Both the position numbers and the translations under genes were made by a program. Shown one piece after another: positions 56,068 through 64,000 of a DNA stretch of 64,000 bases. Below the pieces are notes generated by a model. The model saw only the letters and a list, made by a program, of their open reading frames with translations, did not search any database and was not told where the DNA came from. The DNA comes from a virus. Position 1 is the first letter of the stretch, and every line of letters begins with the position of its first letter. The stretch is from the IMG/VR virus record IMGVR_UViG_3300043788_000060, positions 46,257 to 110,256 of that record; one strand, 5' to 3'.

Positions 56068-57041
56068 TTTTGCTCCTTCTGTTGGGCGAGTTCCTGCCGC
56101 AGACCGTTGGCGTAGCGTTCGGCGTGGTGCTGGCCGAATATTTTCTTGCCCGCATACCAGCCACTTTTGAAGTGCTGCCATAGAAATTCTGTTTCCTGAA
56201 ATGAATAAGGAATATCCGGGTGCTTAGAAATACGCCCGAAGCCCTTTCGTGCAATCGTCTTCTCAAACGCTGGCCGAATCAATCGCTCTTGCTCAACTAA
56301 TTGAGGATCATGCGAATGTGGCGTGTCTGCACCGCATATATCGCACTGGAATGTCCCCTTATCTAGCTCGGGCTCCGGCACTCTCTCACGCGCTGTGAGA
56401 CGGGCGATCTCGACCTCAGCTTTCGTCGCCCTTTCTTCCCAGTGCTTCATGTATTCCGCCACGCTCGAATTGCGGACAGATACCTCAACAATTCCCCACG
56501 CGCCCCATTCTGCATCTCTGGATTCCTGTGCAACTTTCACTGCGGCAGCAATGATGCGCTTACCCCATTCGGTAGACCGAAAACGAAGATGTCCGCAACC
56601 TAAAGCATCTGCGACTTTTTGGGCTGCTTGAGTTGCGCTGTCCACAATCTGCTCCCCTGAGTGGAGCGCATCCGCGTCCTTGTACACGAGCGGCTCGGGG
56701 GCGGGATAGTTGACCGTGGTCACGCCGGTTGTCAAGTGCGGCATGGGGGTATCGCAATCGTCACAGACCGCTACGCCGGGATGCGCAGTGTTCTCCTTGT
56801 AGACCCATCGCGTGCAAGGCAGTTTACAGACTTGCGGCGCATCCTCGACCGGCTGCGCATCGGCGGTGAGGGCGGCGCGGAGTTCGTGATAGGCTTCATT
56901 GCCTTCCTTGCGGAAGTCGCTGTCTTTCCAGTTCACGATGGATTGCCCGCGTTCCAGCGCAAGATCGTTGCCGTTCAGGATGTTCCGCAGCGCCTCTAAT
57001 GCTCTCCGCGCGGCCTTCGCTACTCTCTCGCTGTCGATCAT
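56064..57041 (-). CDS. Mosaic hypothetical protein
   Basis: Start placed at the coupled ATG (MIDSE). Confidence 0.65.
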   Translation of the reverse strand: MIDSERVAKAARRALEALRNILNGNDLALERGQSIVNWKDSDFRKEGNEAYHELRAALTADAQPVEDAPQVCKLPCTRWVYKENTAHPGVAVCDDCDTPMPHLTTGVTTVNYPAPEPLVYKDADALHSGEQIVDSATQAAQKVADALGCGHLRFRSTEWGKRIIAAAVKVAQESRDAEWGAWGIVEVSVRNSSVAEYMKHWEERATKAEVEIARLTARERVPEPELDKGTFQCDICGADTPHSHDPQLVEQERLIRPAFEKTIARKGFGRISKHPDIPYSFQETEFLWQHFKSGWYAGKKIFGQHHAERYANGLRQELAQQKEQK

Positions 57042-57234
57042 GCCTTGTCTCCGTTGTCTCGCTTTTCCGCCCACGCCAGCAATTCTTCGATTGTTTGCGG
57101 CTCCGGGATTGAAGAATCGTAATCAGGATTTTCGCAACCACACGCTGGCCAATACTGCACCCAAGGATTCAGCGGCTTGTGTGTCCTGCCGCAAGGTCCG
57201 GTTTCAACTCGATCCTCGCTGTCGATCATGCCTT
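57027..57234. repeat. 20-bp direct repeat (57027-57046 and 57215-57234)
   Basis: CTCGCTGTCGATCATGCCTT twice; each copy covers the start of a gene. Confidence 0.85.
57038..57229 (-). CDS. Hypothetical protein
   Basis: Lies between the direct repeats. Confidence 0.6.
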   Translation of the reverse strand: MIDSEDRVETGPCGRTHKPLNPWVQYWPACGCENPDYDSSIPEPQTIEELLAWAEKRDNGDKA

Positions 57235-57252
57235 CAGTCCTTTCCGAGCGGA

Positions 57253-57876
57253 TTAAAAATCCTTGGTTTTCAGTTTCACAATTAGACGTGAACTCTTTTT
57301 GTCGAAGAGAGCTTCAATCGGTCTACCCACCATTCCTTCAGCCTGCGCAAGTCCAGCACCGACAGCAGATTTGAAACCGACGCGCACTTTTTCCGTAGCT
57401 TCGGCCAACGTCATTTCACCAATCAGGGGTACAGCCTGCAAATTGAGTTTCTGCGCCACATCACGCATATTCTCATCGCTCAACCACCAACCGCCGATCT
57501 TCACATCAAAGACAATCAGTTGCTTCGTGGCCGAATACAGACCCCCGCCTTTCTGGATGCCCGCTCCAAAACCTTCGCCGTAAATCACCGCATCGGTAAC
57601 GTCCGGCGAGAAAGCAGCCGCCAGCTTTTCCGGGGTGATGTGTTCATAGAGCCACTTCACCAATTCGGAATGAATTTGTGCATTGTCAGTCTTGCCGCCG
57701 AACGCGAGTTTGCCATCTTTCCAGATAACGCGGATATTGGTGCCATCGATCTTCTCAGTCCAAATCCACGGGTTTACGATTCCGTAGACACGGTTTTTGA
57801 GGATCAACTCAGGCTTAAGGCGATGTGTTGCTTCGTCACGTTCGTACAGCGTCTCGATTTTGTGATACTCGCTCAT
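57253..57876 (-). CDS. ATP-dependent RNA ligase (Rnl2-like nucleotidyltransferase domain)
   Basis: TEKIDGTN, YGE, VFDV, EGMV, KLK motifs. Confidence 0.8.
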   Translation of the reverse strand: MSEYHKIETLYERDEATHRLKPELILKNRVYGIVNPWIWTEKIDGTNIRVIWKDGKLAFGGKTDNAQIHSELVKWLYEHITPEKLAAAFSPDVTDAVIYGEGFGAGIQKGGGLYSATKQLIVFDVKIGGWWLSDENMRDVAQKLNLQAVPLIGEMTLAEATEKVRVGFKSAVGAGLAQAEGMVGRPIEALFDKKSSRLIVKLKTKDF

Positions 57877-58238
57877 GCTATAGGTCCTTTCATTCCGCGC
57901 CGTAGCTCGTCCAGTGCGGCTTGCTCGCGCGCGATAATTGAGGTCACCATCCCGTTATACTTGAACGCTTCCACATCCAGACGATTCATTAACCATCTAA
58001 TCTCTTGCGCAATCTTCGCGATCTGCTTCTCCCGCTTCTCGGTAAAGGCGCGGGCTGCGGACCATGCTCTTGCGATAGTCGCGTATGCGTCAGTGTGATG
58101 CAGTCCACATCCTGTCACTTCAGCCCAAACCATTGCGCTGTCGTAGACCATCTCCACACGAAAGCGATCAGGCATCGAAGGCAACCAATGCACCCGGACC
58201 TGCTCCCACTTCGATCTCACGTATTGCTCGTCGTCCAT
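57873..58238 (-). CDS. Hypothetical protein
   Basis: SD GAGGGGAG before ATG 58238. Confidence 0.65.
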   Translation of the reverse strand: MDDEQYVRSKWEQVRVHWLPSMPDRFRVEMVYDSAMVWAEVTGCGLHHTDAYATIARAWSAARAFTEKREKQIAKIAQEIRWLMNRLDVEAFKYNGMVTSIIAREQAALDELRRGMKGPIA

Positions 58239-58270
58239 ACTCCCCTCGCTACGAGTCAATCAATACTTAC

Positions 58271-58281
58271 ATTATACCACA
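58271..58281 (-). promoter_or_regulatory. Extended -10 promoter with a 15-bp site over its -35 region
   Basis: TGTGGTATAAT; site copy at 58287-58301. Confidence 0.6.
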
Positions 58282-58291
58282 ATTCCGTCCA

Positions 58292-58921
58292 TTATCCGGA
58301 CAATGGGTCAAAAATTTCCTCCTCCGCCTGTTTCTTTTTAGCGGCCTCTCTTTCCCGCTCTGCTTCTTCCTGCAACTTTCTGGCCATATCTTCCCTCAAA
58401 ACCCGGGCGTCGTCGGCTTCCTGCTTTCGGCGTCGGGCTGAGTAGCACAGGCTGTCCACTATCTGGACAAACTTATTAGGTAAAAATTGCACGTTTTTGG
58501 GGTCATTCAGGTCCTGCTCCTCAAGCCATGCGGAGAATACGGATTTAATCTCCGCAGCCGGGAACTCTCGGAGGACCTCCGCCAACCTCGCCCGTTGTTT
58601 GTCCTGAAACGCTATTTTGCCCTCAGAGGCGTAGGTAAGTTCTCGGGCAAGGGAAACTACCTCTGGGTCCTTGGCGGCGGCTGTAATCGAATTTGTGGGG
58701 CTAGACAGCCTACCGTGGGCGACGTGGGTATACATCGAAACTGCTCCTTGAGGGAAATCGTCTCCCTGCATCTCTTCCAGCCACTCGGTAAAATCTCTAA
58801 CAACAGCCCCGGTTGAGTGGGCAATCGCCAGACTCTGAATTTCCTCCCACGTGCTCTGGTAGCCGCCAGCTTTAATTCCGAACCCGCCGCATACCGCCTG
58901 AAGTTCTTTCTTGATTTTCAT
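58292..58921 (-). CDS. Hypothetical protein, possibly replication-associated
   Basis: SD AGGAG; follows the initiator-like gene. Confidence 0.65.
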   Translation of the reverse strand: MKIKKELQAVCGGFGIKAGGYQSTWEEIQSLAIAHSTGAVVRDFTEWLEEMQGDDFPQGAVSMYTHVAHGRLSSPTNSITAAAKDPEVVSLARELTYASEGKIAFQDKQRARLAEVLREFPAAEIKSVFSAWLEEQDLNDPKNVQFLPNKFVQIVDSLCYSARRRKQEADDARVLREDMARKLQEEAEREREAAKKKQAEEEIFDPLSG

Positions 58922-59003
58922 GTCCGTTTTCTCCTAGTTTCAAAAATCAGCGCCGCAGGCTCCTATCCAATCCATACCTAACCAATACCAAACCAAGAGG
59001 GAG

Positions 59004-59399
59004 TTATCCGGGAGACTCCGGGACAAATCCGTCGTCGAGAATTTTCAAGGGCGGATTTGGCGGTAAGTTCTTGTATCTTTTACGATGTTCCTTACCCGGA
59101 AGCCTCCCGAATTTGTCGATCCCCGTCCAGTATCCCCACCTCTTTCCCGCTTCTGTCCAAATTCTCAATAAATCCACTCTTTCGAAGTCCGCAAACAAAT
59201 CCCGGACCCATCCCGGAGTTATCCCATCCCGGTGGTAAGAATAAGCCAAAGCCCAAACCCGGTCGGGATTGGCCTCAAACACACCGTTCGCTTCGGCCAG
59301 CGGGATGAGATAGCTGTATTCTGCCCGATATTCGGGTTTCAAGGATTTGACTTTATCGGAGAGATAGATAGCGTCTCCGTCCACTACTCGTGCTGGCAT
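59004..59399 (-). CDS. Replication initiator N-terminal-like (winged helix) protein
   Basis: MP.R....I..S.KV..L....Y..LI..A...G.F pattern of phage replisome organisers. Confidence 0.5.
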   Translation of the reverse strand: MPARVVDGDAIYLSDKVKSLKPEYRAEYSYLIPLAEANGVFEANPDRVWALAYSYHRDGITPGWVRDLFADFERVDLLRIWTEAGKRWGYWTGIDKFGRLPGKEHRKRYKNLPPNPPLKILDDGFVPESPG

Positions 59400-59480
59400 G
59401 TCTCTCCGTCCATTATTCGGACAACTCCTGTGACTAGTTAGAGATAGTCAAAATGGTCTTAAACGGCTATCTATAGATTG

Positions 59481-59672
59481 TCAGTCCGGGATTTCTTCGA
59501 TTACGCTAAGTTCTTCCATGTTCTCTGGATATCCGCAACGTTTTAGATAATCGTGGCCCCCGTCTACTGCATTGCCACATAGACAGGCGACGTAATCCCA
59601 CCGATGAAGAGATTCTAGGACTACGTTGCAGGTTTTGCACCGGACTTTGTTCTTAATGATTCGAGTTTTCAT
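59481..59672 (-). CDS. Small zinc-binding phage protein
   Basis: N.VRC..C..VLES.H..DY..C.CG..VDGG..Y.KR. Confidence 0.75.
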   Translation of the reverse strand: MKTRIIKNKVRCKTCNVVLESLHRWDYVACLCGNAVDGGHDYLKRCGYPENMEELSVIEEIPD

Positions 59673-59887
59673 GCCTTCTCCTTAGACCACCAAAGTGTGC
59701 CGAGTTCTCCGGTCCCGCAGGTGAATGTTATCGGTTTACATTTTCTGTACCGCACGGTCGAACCCGGTGGAATGGATGTCGTATATCGATAACGGTAAGA
59801 AACTTCGTCGCGGAAAAATCGTCCGAATAATGGACTAGCCGCCAACCCCGCCAGCATCCCGAAGAAACCACGTCTGGTGGTCGTCAT
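59669..59887 (-). CDS. Small protein with a twin-arginine-like N-terminus
   Basis: MTTTRRGFFGMLAGLAA; SD GAGGT. Confidence 0.55.
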   Translation of the reverse strand: MTTTRRGFFGMLAGLAASPLFGRFFRDEVSYRYRYTTSIPPGSTVRYRKCKPITFTCGTGELGTLWWSKEKA

Positions 59888-60126
59888 GCTAACCTCACTG
59901 TGTGTCGGTGGAATTCTTGTTCCAAACTTTTGATTCGATCTTCCAAATTCTGTTCGTAGCTGCTTGGATGGTAGACATAGCGGGTTCTTGCTGGCCAAAA
60001 TAGAGAACCATCCCCGCATTTTGGACACTTCTTGTAATACTCTGCATAACTACCCCCATACTCAGGACTAACTCCGCAACAATCAGTAACTTCTTGTTGC
60101 CAAGAGGCTTTGTATTCTTCAGCCAT
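59884..60126 (-). CDS. Hypothetical zinc-ribbon protein
   Basis: CCG..CPKCG; SD GAGGAG. Confidence 0.65.
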   Translation of the reverse strand: MAEEYKASWQQEVTDCCGVSPEYGGSYAEYYKKCPKCGDGSLFWPARTRYVYHPSSYEQNLEDRIKSLEQEFHRHTVRLA

Positions 60127-60371
60127 CAGTATCTCCTCGGAGGACTGTCGAACAAGAAACTAACATGGGTGAAACCGGAATAGTCCTCGTTGATTTTCCA
60201 GATTTTTCCTTCGGCATCCAGAGCTAAGACGTTGTCCCTCCAGTACATCAACTGGACAAATTTGTTCGGATTCCATTCTGAGGGATAGACGTAGATTTTG
60301 TCTGGGGCGATGGTCTTTTGTCGCAGTACCCGCCATGCTTGCTTAAATCGGTTGAACATCGTCTGCTCCAT
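60126..60371 (-). CDS. Hypothetical protein
   Basis: Coupled ORF. Confidence 0.6.
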   Translation of the reverse strand: MEQTMFNRFKQAWRVLRQKTIAPDKIYVYPSEWNPNKFVQLMYWRDNVLALDAEGKIWKINEDYSGFTHVSFLFDSPPRRY

Positions 60372-60648
60372 AGTGAAATGGTTCTATCATTTTGCCGCCC
60401 GTAAATACCTTGGGGGCGTCGTGTATTCGGTAGGAGAGTGGTCCGCGTTTATCCTTTTCCCCCTCAATCAAATTCAGACTGTAAGCTAGCCCGGATAACC
60501 AAGCGTCGGCGAGCATAAATTTTAGTTCGCGAAGACTTACCCGGGCAACAGCTTCTTCCCAGCAGGTTTCAGGTCCGTAATAGACAACGAGATCGGTTTT
60601 TAGCGGGGCAACGGCTCTGTCCACGTAATCATCATAAGGTGCGCTCAT
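60343..60648 (-). CDS. Hypothetical protein
   Basis: Start placed at the coupled ATG 60648. Confidence 0.55.
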   Translation of the reverse strand: MSAPYDDYVDRAVAPLKTDLVVYYGPETCWEEAVARVSLRELKFMLADAWLSGLAYSLNLIEGEKDKRGPLSYRIHDAPKVFTGGKMIEPFHYGADDVQPI

Positions 60649-61811
60649 TCCACATCTCCTTCCAGTTCCTTGAGCCAGTCGTCCTCTTCTTCCTTCTTGG
60701 GCTTGGCTCCGGTCTTTATGAGTAACTGATCCACCAAGTCCGGGCGATTTAGGCATAGACCACGCATCCGGCAGTTCGGACACTTGGTGTTCGGGTAGCG
60801 GACGCCGCCAGTTTTAGGAAAGAATCCTGTTTCGACCGCTCGTTTGATCTCAATCAGCTTGTTGCCTATAAGCTGTCCGACTACCGGTACTTCTTTTTCT
60901 GGTACATCGGCGGTCAGAAATTGCAGGCGCGTTTTTGTTATATCAGATTTACTTACAGAACACAGTTTACCATCACAGACGTACTTAGCGATTACCTGCT
61001 CCTTCTTTTCCGTTGCCCCCTTTCCCGAGATGGTGTCAAGTTTTTCGTCCATTATTCGGACGGTTTCTTCTGTGCCCAAAAGAATCAACTCCATTTTATC
61101 ATCTTTCGCGGCGGAAAATTTGGCGACCGTCAGGGAAGTCCCAGCTTTGAAATCCAAAGTGTCGTTCAGGAGTGTTACCGAATCTCCCTTTTTGAAACTG
61201 GGCCGACCCTTGATCAGCCAGAGGAAGGCCACTGTTCGGATTCCTGTGGTCCAAGCATAATCTTTGAGTTGCGGGTCTAGAGCTACCATGCCCGGAGTTG
61301 AATCCAACGGCGACTTGGCTGTTTTTACGTCCACAATCAAACGTGATCCGTCGTCTAAAGTAGACAGGATGTCGATGTATGAAGTGAAGCCTAGACCAGC
61401 CAGATCAGTTCCCGGCCACAAGTCCTTCCGGTAATTCAATTGGAACTTTGGGTTCTTGATTGGCAAAGTGGGCAGGAATATCTCGTAGAGGCGCAGAAGA
61501 TCAGCGCCCATTCCAAGTAGGTCAAACCACGACCCCTCTTGTTCCGTGAAAACCAAAGTAACATCTTTGAACTTTAACCACAGGCGCTTGAACTCATCAA
61601 CCCCTTCGCCCGGTTTCAGCCCATTCTCGTGATAGAACTGGATCGCCGTTTCGACACAATTTCCGAATTGGAAAGCGGCCCGCTTCTCCTTATCTCGGTA
61701 ACCTTCGATGCGACTGAGACGGAACAGTTCCGGACAGTAGTCATAGTCAGAGATTGCCGAGTAAGATAGGTCATTTACCTCTCTGCCCGAAGCCGATTTA
61801 TACAGACTCAT
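60645..61811 (-). CDS. PD-(D/E)XK exonuclease (Cas4/RecB-like)
   Basis: LSYS....YCP; IDIL..IVDVKT; QL..Y; C-terminal CPNC...C. Confidence 0.85.
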   Translation of the reverse strand: MSLYKSASGREVNDLSYSAISDYDYCPELFRLSRIEGYRDKEKRAAFQFGNCVETAIQFYHENGLKPGEGVDEFKRLWLKFKDVTLVFTEQEGSWFDLLGMGADLLRLYEIFLPTLPIKNPKFQLNYRKDLWPGTDLAGLGFTSYIDILSTLDDGSRLIVDVKTAKSPLDSTPGMVALDPQLKDYAWTTGIRTVAFLWLIKGRPSFKKGDSVTLLNDTLDFKAGTSLTVAKFSAAKDDKMELILLGTEETVRIMDEKLDTISGKGATEKKEQVIAKYVCDGKLCSVSKSDITKTRLQFLTADVPEKEVPVVGQLIGNKLIEIKRAVETGFFPKTGGVRYPNTKCPNCRMRGLCLNRPDLVDQLLIKTGAKPKKEEEDDWLKELEGDVE

Positions 61812-61978
61812 TTCCTACCCCCATAAAACCAATCCTGTAGCTTCCGCATAAGGGCTTCTCCGTCCTCTTTTTCTACCCGAATCGTCCAGTCGTGGTCCGC
61901 GTTTCCGTCAGTAAAATCCACACCTAGAACGCCGGGTCTAAGCTGCGGGTCGTATTCGTATATCGTGACGGTTTTCAT
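61808..61978 (-). CDS. Hypothetical protein
   Basis: Coupled ORF. Confidence 0.55.
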   Translation of the reverse strand: MKTVTIYEYDPQLRPGVLGVDFTDGNADHDWTIRVEKEDGEALMRKLQDWFYGGRK

Positions 61979-62244
61979 CTCCAAACCTTTTTCCAAAAAT
62001 CTTTGATTGGTTGGTACCACGGTTCGTCCACAGTAGAGACTCGCATCAAAACAACATGTAGCTGATCTTCCTTCTTCAGACGACCAAAATCTACTCCGGA
62101 CAAGTTGTCCAGAAATGTGTGCGATCTGCCGTCTTTGCTTCTCACGTTGAGAATGATTGTTGGGTCCCGATAGGAGATAAATGGTTCATTTCCCTTGATC
62201 ACACTTATGGTTTGGGAGAGATTGTCGAATCGTAGGCGTTTCAT
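61975..62244 (-). CDS. Hypothetical protein
   Basis: SD GAGGAGG. Confidence 0.6.
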   Translation of the reverse strand: MKRLRFDNLSQTISVIKGNEPFISYRDPTIILNVRSKDGRSHTFLDNLSGVDFGRLKKEDQLHVVLMRVSTVDEPWYQPIKDFWKKVWR

Positions 62245-62744
62245 TTCTTCCTCCTCGTTTTCGGCGTGTCCAGATAATGGATGAATTCGTGGCGGGCCCA
62301 GAACAGGTTTTTGTCACTCGCCCACGTAGATAGGAGTTTTCCTACGTGGGGCCAATAAGCATTATACCATCCCCATTCGCCTTTGTTGATTACAGAATTA
62401 GAAAAGGCTAGTCGGTAGGACAAATCACCCCACTGGGGTTCTGACGTTCTTTTTACCGTCGCGGGCTTCGAGATGCCGCCGCATGTCTGGCACACCCGTC
62501 GTTCTTTGTATCCGTCAATTGAGATGTTGTCGAATGTTTGCATCACGTGTTTCTTCGGGCACACATACCCAAAACAGTATCCGATTACATCTTTGGGTTT
62601 AGTAGACAGATCGGGCGGTGGGTCTTTGGGCGGCACGATAACGGTCTCCTTTGGGTTGTCACACGAAATGATTTCGCCGGGCGTTCCTTTTGCCTCGACC
62701 GCATAAGGCTCTGGCGGTTTAATTTTTCGGTTCCACCGAGTCAT
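62241..62744 (-). CDS. Hypothetical zinc-ribbon protein
   Basis: C.KKH..CQTCG; SD GGAGG. Confidence 0.65.
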   Translation of the reverse strand: MTRWNRKIKPPEPYAVEAKGTPGEIISCDNPKETVIVPPKDPPPDLSTKPKDVIGYCFGYVCPKKHVMQTFDNISIDGYKERRVCQTCGGISKPATVKRTSEPQWGDLSYRLAFSNSVINKGEWGWYNAYWPHVGKLLSTWASDKNLFWARHEFIHYLDTPKTRRKK

Positions 62745-62983
62745 TCTGATACCTCCATTTGCACGGGATGATACAAATCCTCAAATATGTACTGGGTCAT
62801 CAAAATATCCGCCCCGGCGGCAATACGCTGTCGTTCCTCGTCGTCCAGCTTCCATCTGGAGAGAACAGGTTTTCCCGGGTCTTTCAGGATCAGCGCGGGC
62901 AGCGGTAAATATTCCTTCTGGTTTTTGGCGAAGATTACTTCTTTATCTTGGTAACCGTCCAGAACTGGCGAAATGGGTTTCAT
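62741..62983 (-). CDS. Hypothetical protein
   Basis: AKNQKEYLPLPA..SRWKL..EER; start placed at MKPISP. Confidence 0.65.
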   Translation of the reverse strand: MKPISPVLDGYQDKEVIFAKNQKEYLPLPALILKDPGKPVLSRWKLDDEERQRIAAGADILMTQYIFEDLYHPVQMEVSE

Positions 62984-63156
62984 TTCATGTGCTCCTTCTC
63001 GATAGCCTCGTTGAGGATGTTGATCGCCTCTTGCCGACCGGATAGGACACCACGGAGCCACTCAGAGTAGATGATCTCCTTGGTCCCTATGCTGTGCCTC
63101 TTGAAATACCCTTCCAAATAGGTTCGGGCGAAGATGAGGGCATCGAGTCTGTCCAT
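62980..63156 (-). CDS. Hypothetical protein (58 aa)
   Basis: Start supplied by the TAATG in a 15-bp site; ATGA coupling at the end. Confidence 0.55.
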   Translation of the reverse strand: MDRLDALIFARTYLEGYFKRHSIGTKEIIYSEWLRGVLSGRQEAINILNEAIEKEHMK

Positions 63157-63392
63157 TATTTGGACTCCCTTGCTATGATTCTCATAGCTTCCTTCTCTAA
63201 TTCCCGAAGCATCCCTTGGAACTTTCCTTCGTGCAGGGGATTACCTTCGTCATCTTCTTCCTCGGCGTAATCAAGAATCCCCTCGAAATCGCCCGCCTGT
63301 CGGGCGAAGGCCGCGCAGCGTTCGATGATGTCAATACTTGATCCTCGCAGGACCTGATGTTCGTCGGTATAGTGATGTAAACTAACATTCAT
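63156..63392 (-). CDS. Hypothetical protein
   Basis: ORF in operon context. Confidence 0.6.
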   Translation of the reverse strand: MNVSLHHYTDEHQVLRGSSIDIIERCAAFARQAGDFEGILDYAEEEDDEGNPLHEGKFQGMLRELEKEAMRIIARESK

Positions 63393-63792
63393 TGGATGGA
63401 ACTCCTTCGTGATTGATCGGCAGACTGATATAGGCCCAATGGGTCACCTTTATCGGTTTGTAGTTGTTGCAAAACTCGGGTTCGAGAACCTTCGGGCTAT
63501 CTGGACGCCACACAAAACCATCCTCCGTCCACTCCCCGGTTGCGGTACCTATGTTGGGGTAATAAACGCGGTCGGTTTTAATCAGGACTTGGTCGGTATC
63601 CGGACCTACTGGGCTATTTTGCGGAAATCCATTTTCAACCGGGACCCAATTAAGCTCGCCGAGGTGCTGATAGTGCTCGAAATACCCGCCACCTTCGAAA
63701 TAGTAGCGAATATACGGTTCGGAACCGGTCACAGCTATCAGCTTCCTGCCGACAAACCAGTTGTTGTGTAGGTCTACGACGGTTTCGGACAT
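63382..63792 (-). CDS. Hypothetical protein (DUF551-like C-terminal part)
   Basis: WVPV..P...VTHW; SD GAGGAG; promoter-like GTGGTATAAT at 63814-63823. Confidence 0.6.
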   Translation of the reverse strand: MSETVVDLHNNWFVGRKLIAVTGSEPYIRYYFEGGGYFEHYQHLGELNWVPVENGFPQNSPVGPDTDQVLIKTDRVYYPNIGTATGEWTEDGFVWRPDSPKVLEPEFCNNYKPIKVTHWAYISLPINHEGVPSNEC

Positions 63793-64000
63793 AAGGTCTC
63801 CTCGGATTTTTCCATTATACCACTTTCTAGTTCCTCCAGCCAATTATTTTCTTCTGAGATAGCGAGAAGCCCCGGTGGATTTTTCAAATATTTGGCCGCG
63901 TCCCGAAGAATCTTTGGGTTGTCTTGAGCATATCCTATCATCAAATTGCATGTAGAACATAATAAACCACGAACTACCCCTGTTTCGTGGTTGTGATCTA
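63774..64000 (-). CDS. Endonuclease VII-family nuclease, C-terminal part (partial)
   Basis: DHNHETGVVRGLLCSTCN..IG...DNP..L..A..YL read on the - strand; missing from the ORF track. Confidence 0.8.
   Translation of the reverse strand, partial: DHNHETGVVRGLLCSTCNLMIGYAQDNPKILRDAAKYLKNPPGLLAISEENNWLEELESGIMEKSEETLCPKPS

Larger units (their letters stand above)
1382..63165. repeat. Dispersed 15-bp imperfect palindrome GTCC(GA/AG)ATAATGGAC, about 30 copies
   Basis: Exact copies start at 2270, 4705, 8459, 10769, 26072, 35060, 39275, 42675, 46184, 49538, 50384, 59408, 59821, 61047. Variants start at 1382, 6755, 8899, 30480, 36134, 41891, 43403, 43755, 47716, 51301, 54042, 54410, 58287, 58454, 62268, 63151. 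Confidence 0.95.

Noticed and set aside
58292-59399. Single replication initiator joined by readthrough or frameshift
   Set aside because: There are stops in the intervening frames I read, and the downstream gene has its own SD (AGGAG).
1382-63165. 15-bp repeat as a CRISPR array
   Set aside because: Copies are irregularly dispersed, too short and often inside genes; there is no repeat-spacer periodicity or cas operon. The Cas4-like nuclease is a common stand-alone phage gene.
1-64000. tRNA genes
   Set aside because: I found no cloverleaf with a T-loop and acceptor stem by eye; tRNAscan-SE or ARAGORN would be decisive.
1-64000. Stop-codon reassignment
   Set aside because: Genes are full length under code 11, and TAA, TAG and TGA all end coupled genes; fragmentation is confined to the intron-containing capsid gene.

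Overview
This is a 64-kb piece of a tailed dsDNA phage genome with podovirus-like architecture: N4-gp56-type major capsid protein, two adaptor/tail-tube genes, a nozzle and three ejection-protein genes. No integrase, terminase, portal or tRNA is visible in the window. The + strand (1-41.8 kb) is the morphogenesis arm. The - strand (41.9-64 kb) carries replication and nucleotide-metabolism genes, and the two arms meet at a hairpin terminator. Main observations: (1) the capsid gene is split by three group I introns, and the first may end in A instead of the usual terminal G; (2) five consecutive fibre/spike-like, Cys-rich genes inside the virion module all carry Sec-type signal peptides, next to a signal-less, Cys-free copy of the fibre's N-terminal domain; (3) about 30 copies of the 15-bp site GTCCGAATAATGGAC are spread through genes, gene junctions and introns; (4) an ~790-nt highly structured ncRNA candidate plus smaller RNA elements; (5) small RBS-led ORFs overprinted inside the 2322-aa ejection protein. 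All family assignments come from motif recognition by eye, with no database searches. The host is not established; the signal-peptide style is compatible with Acidobacteriota or Bacteroidota (inference).
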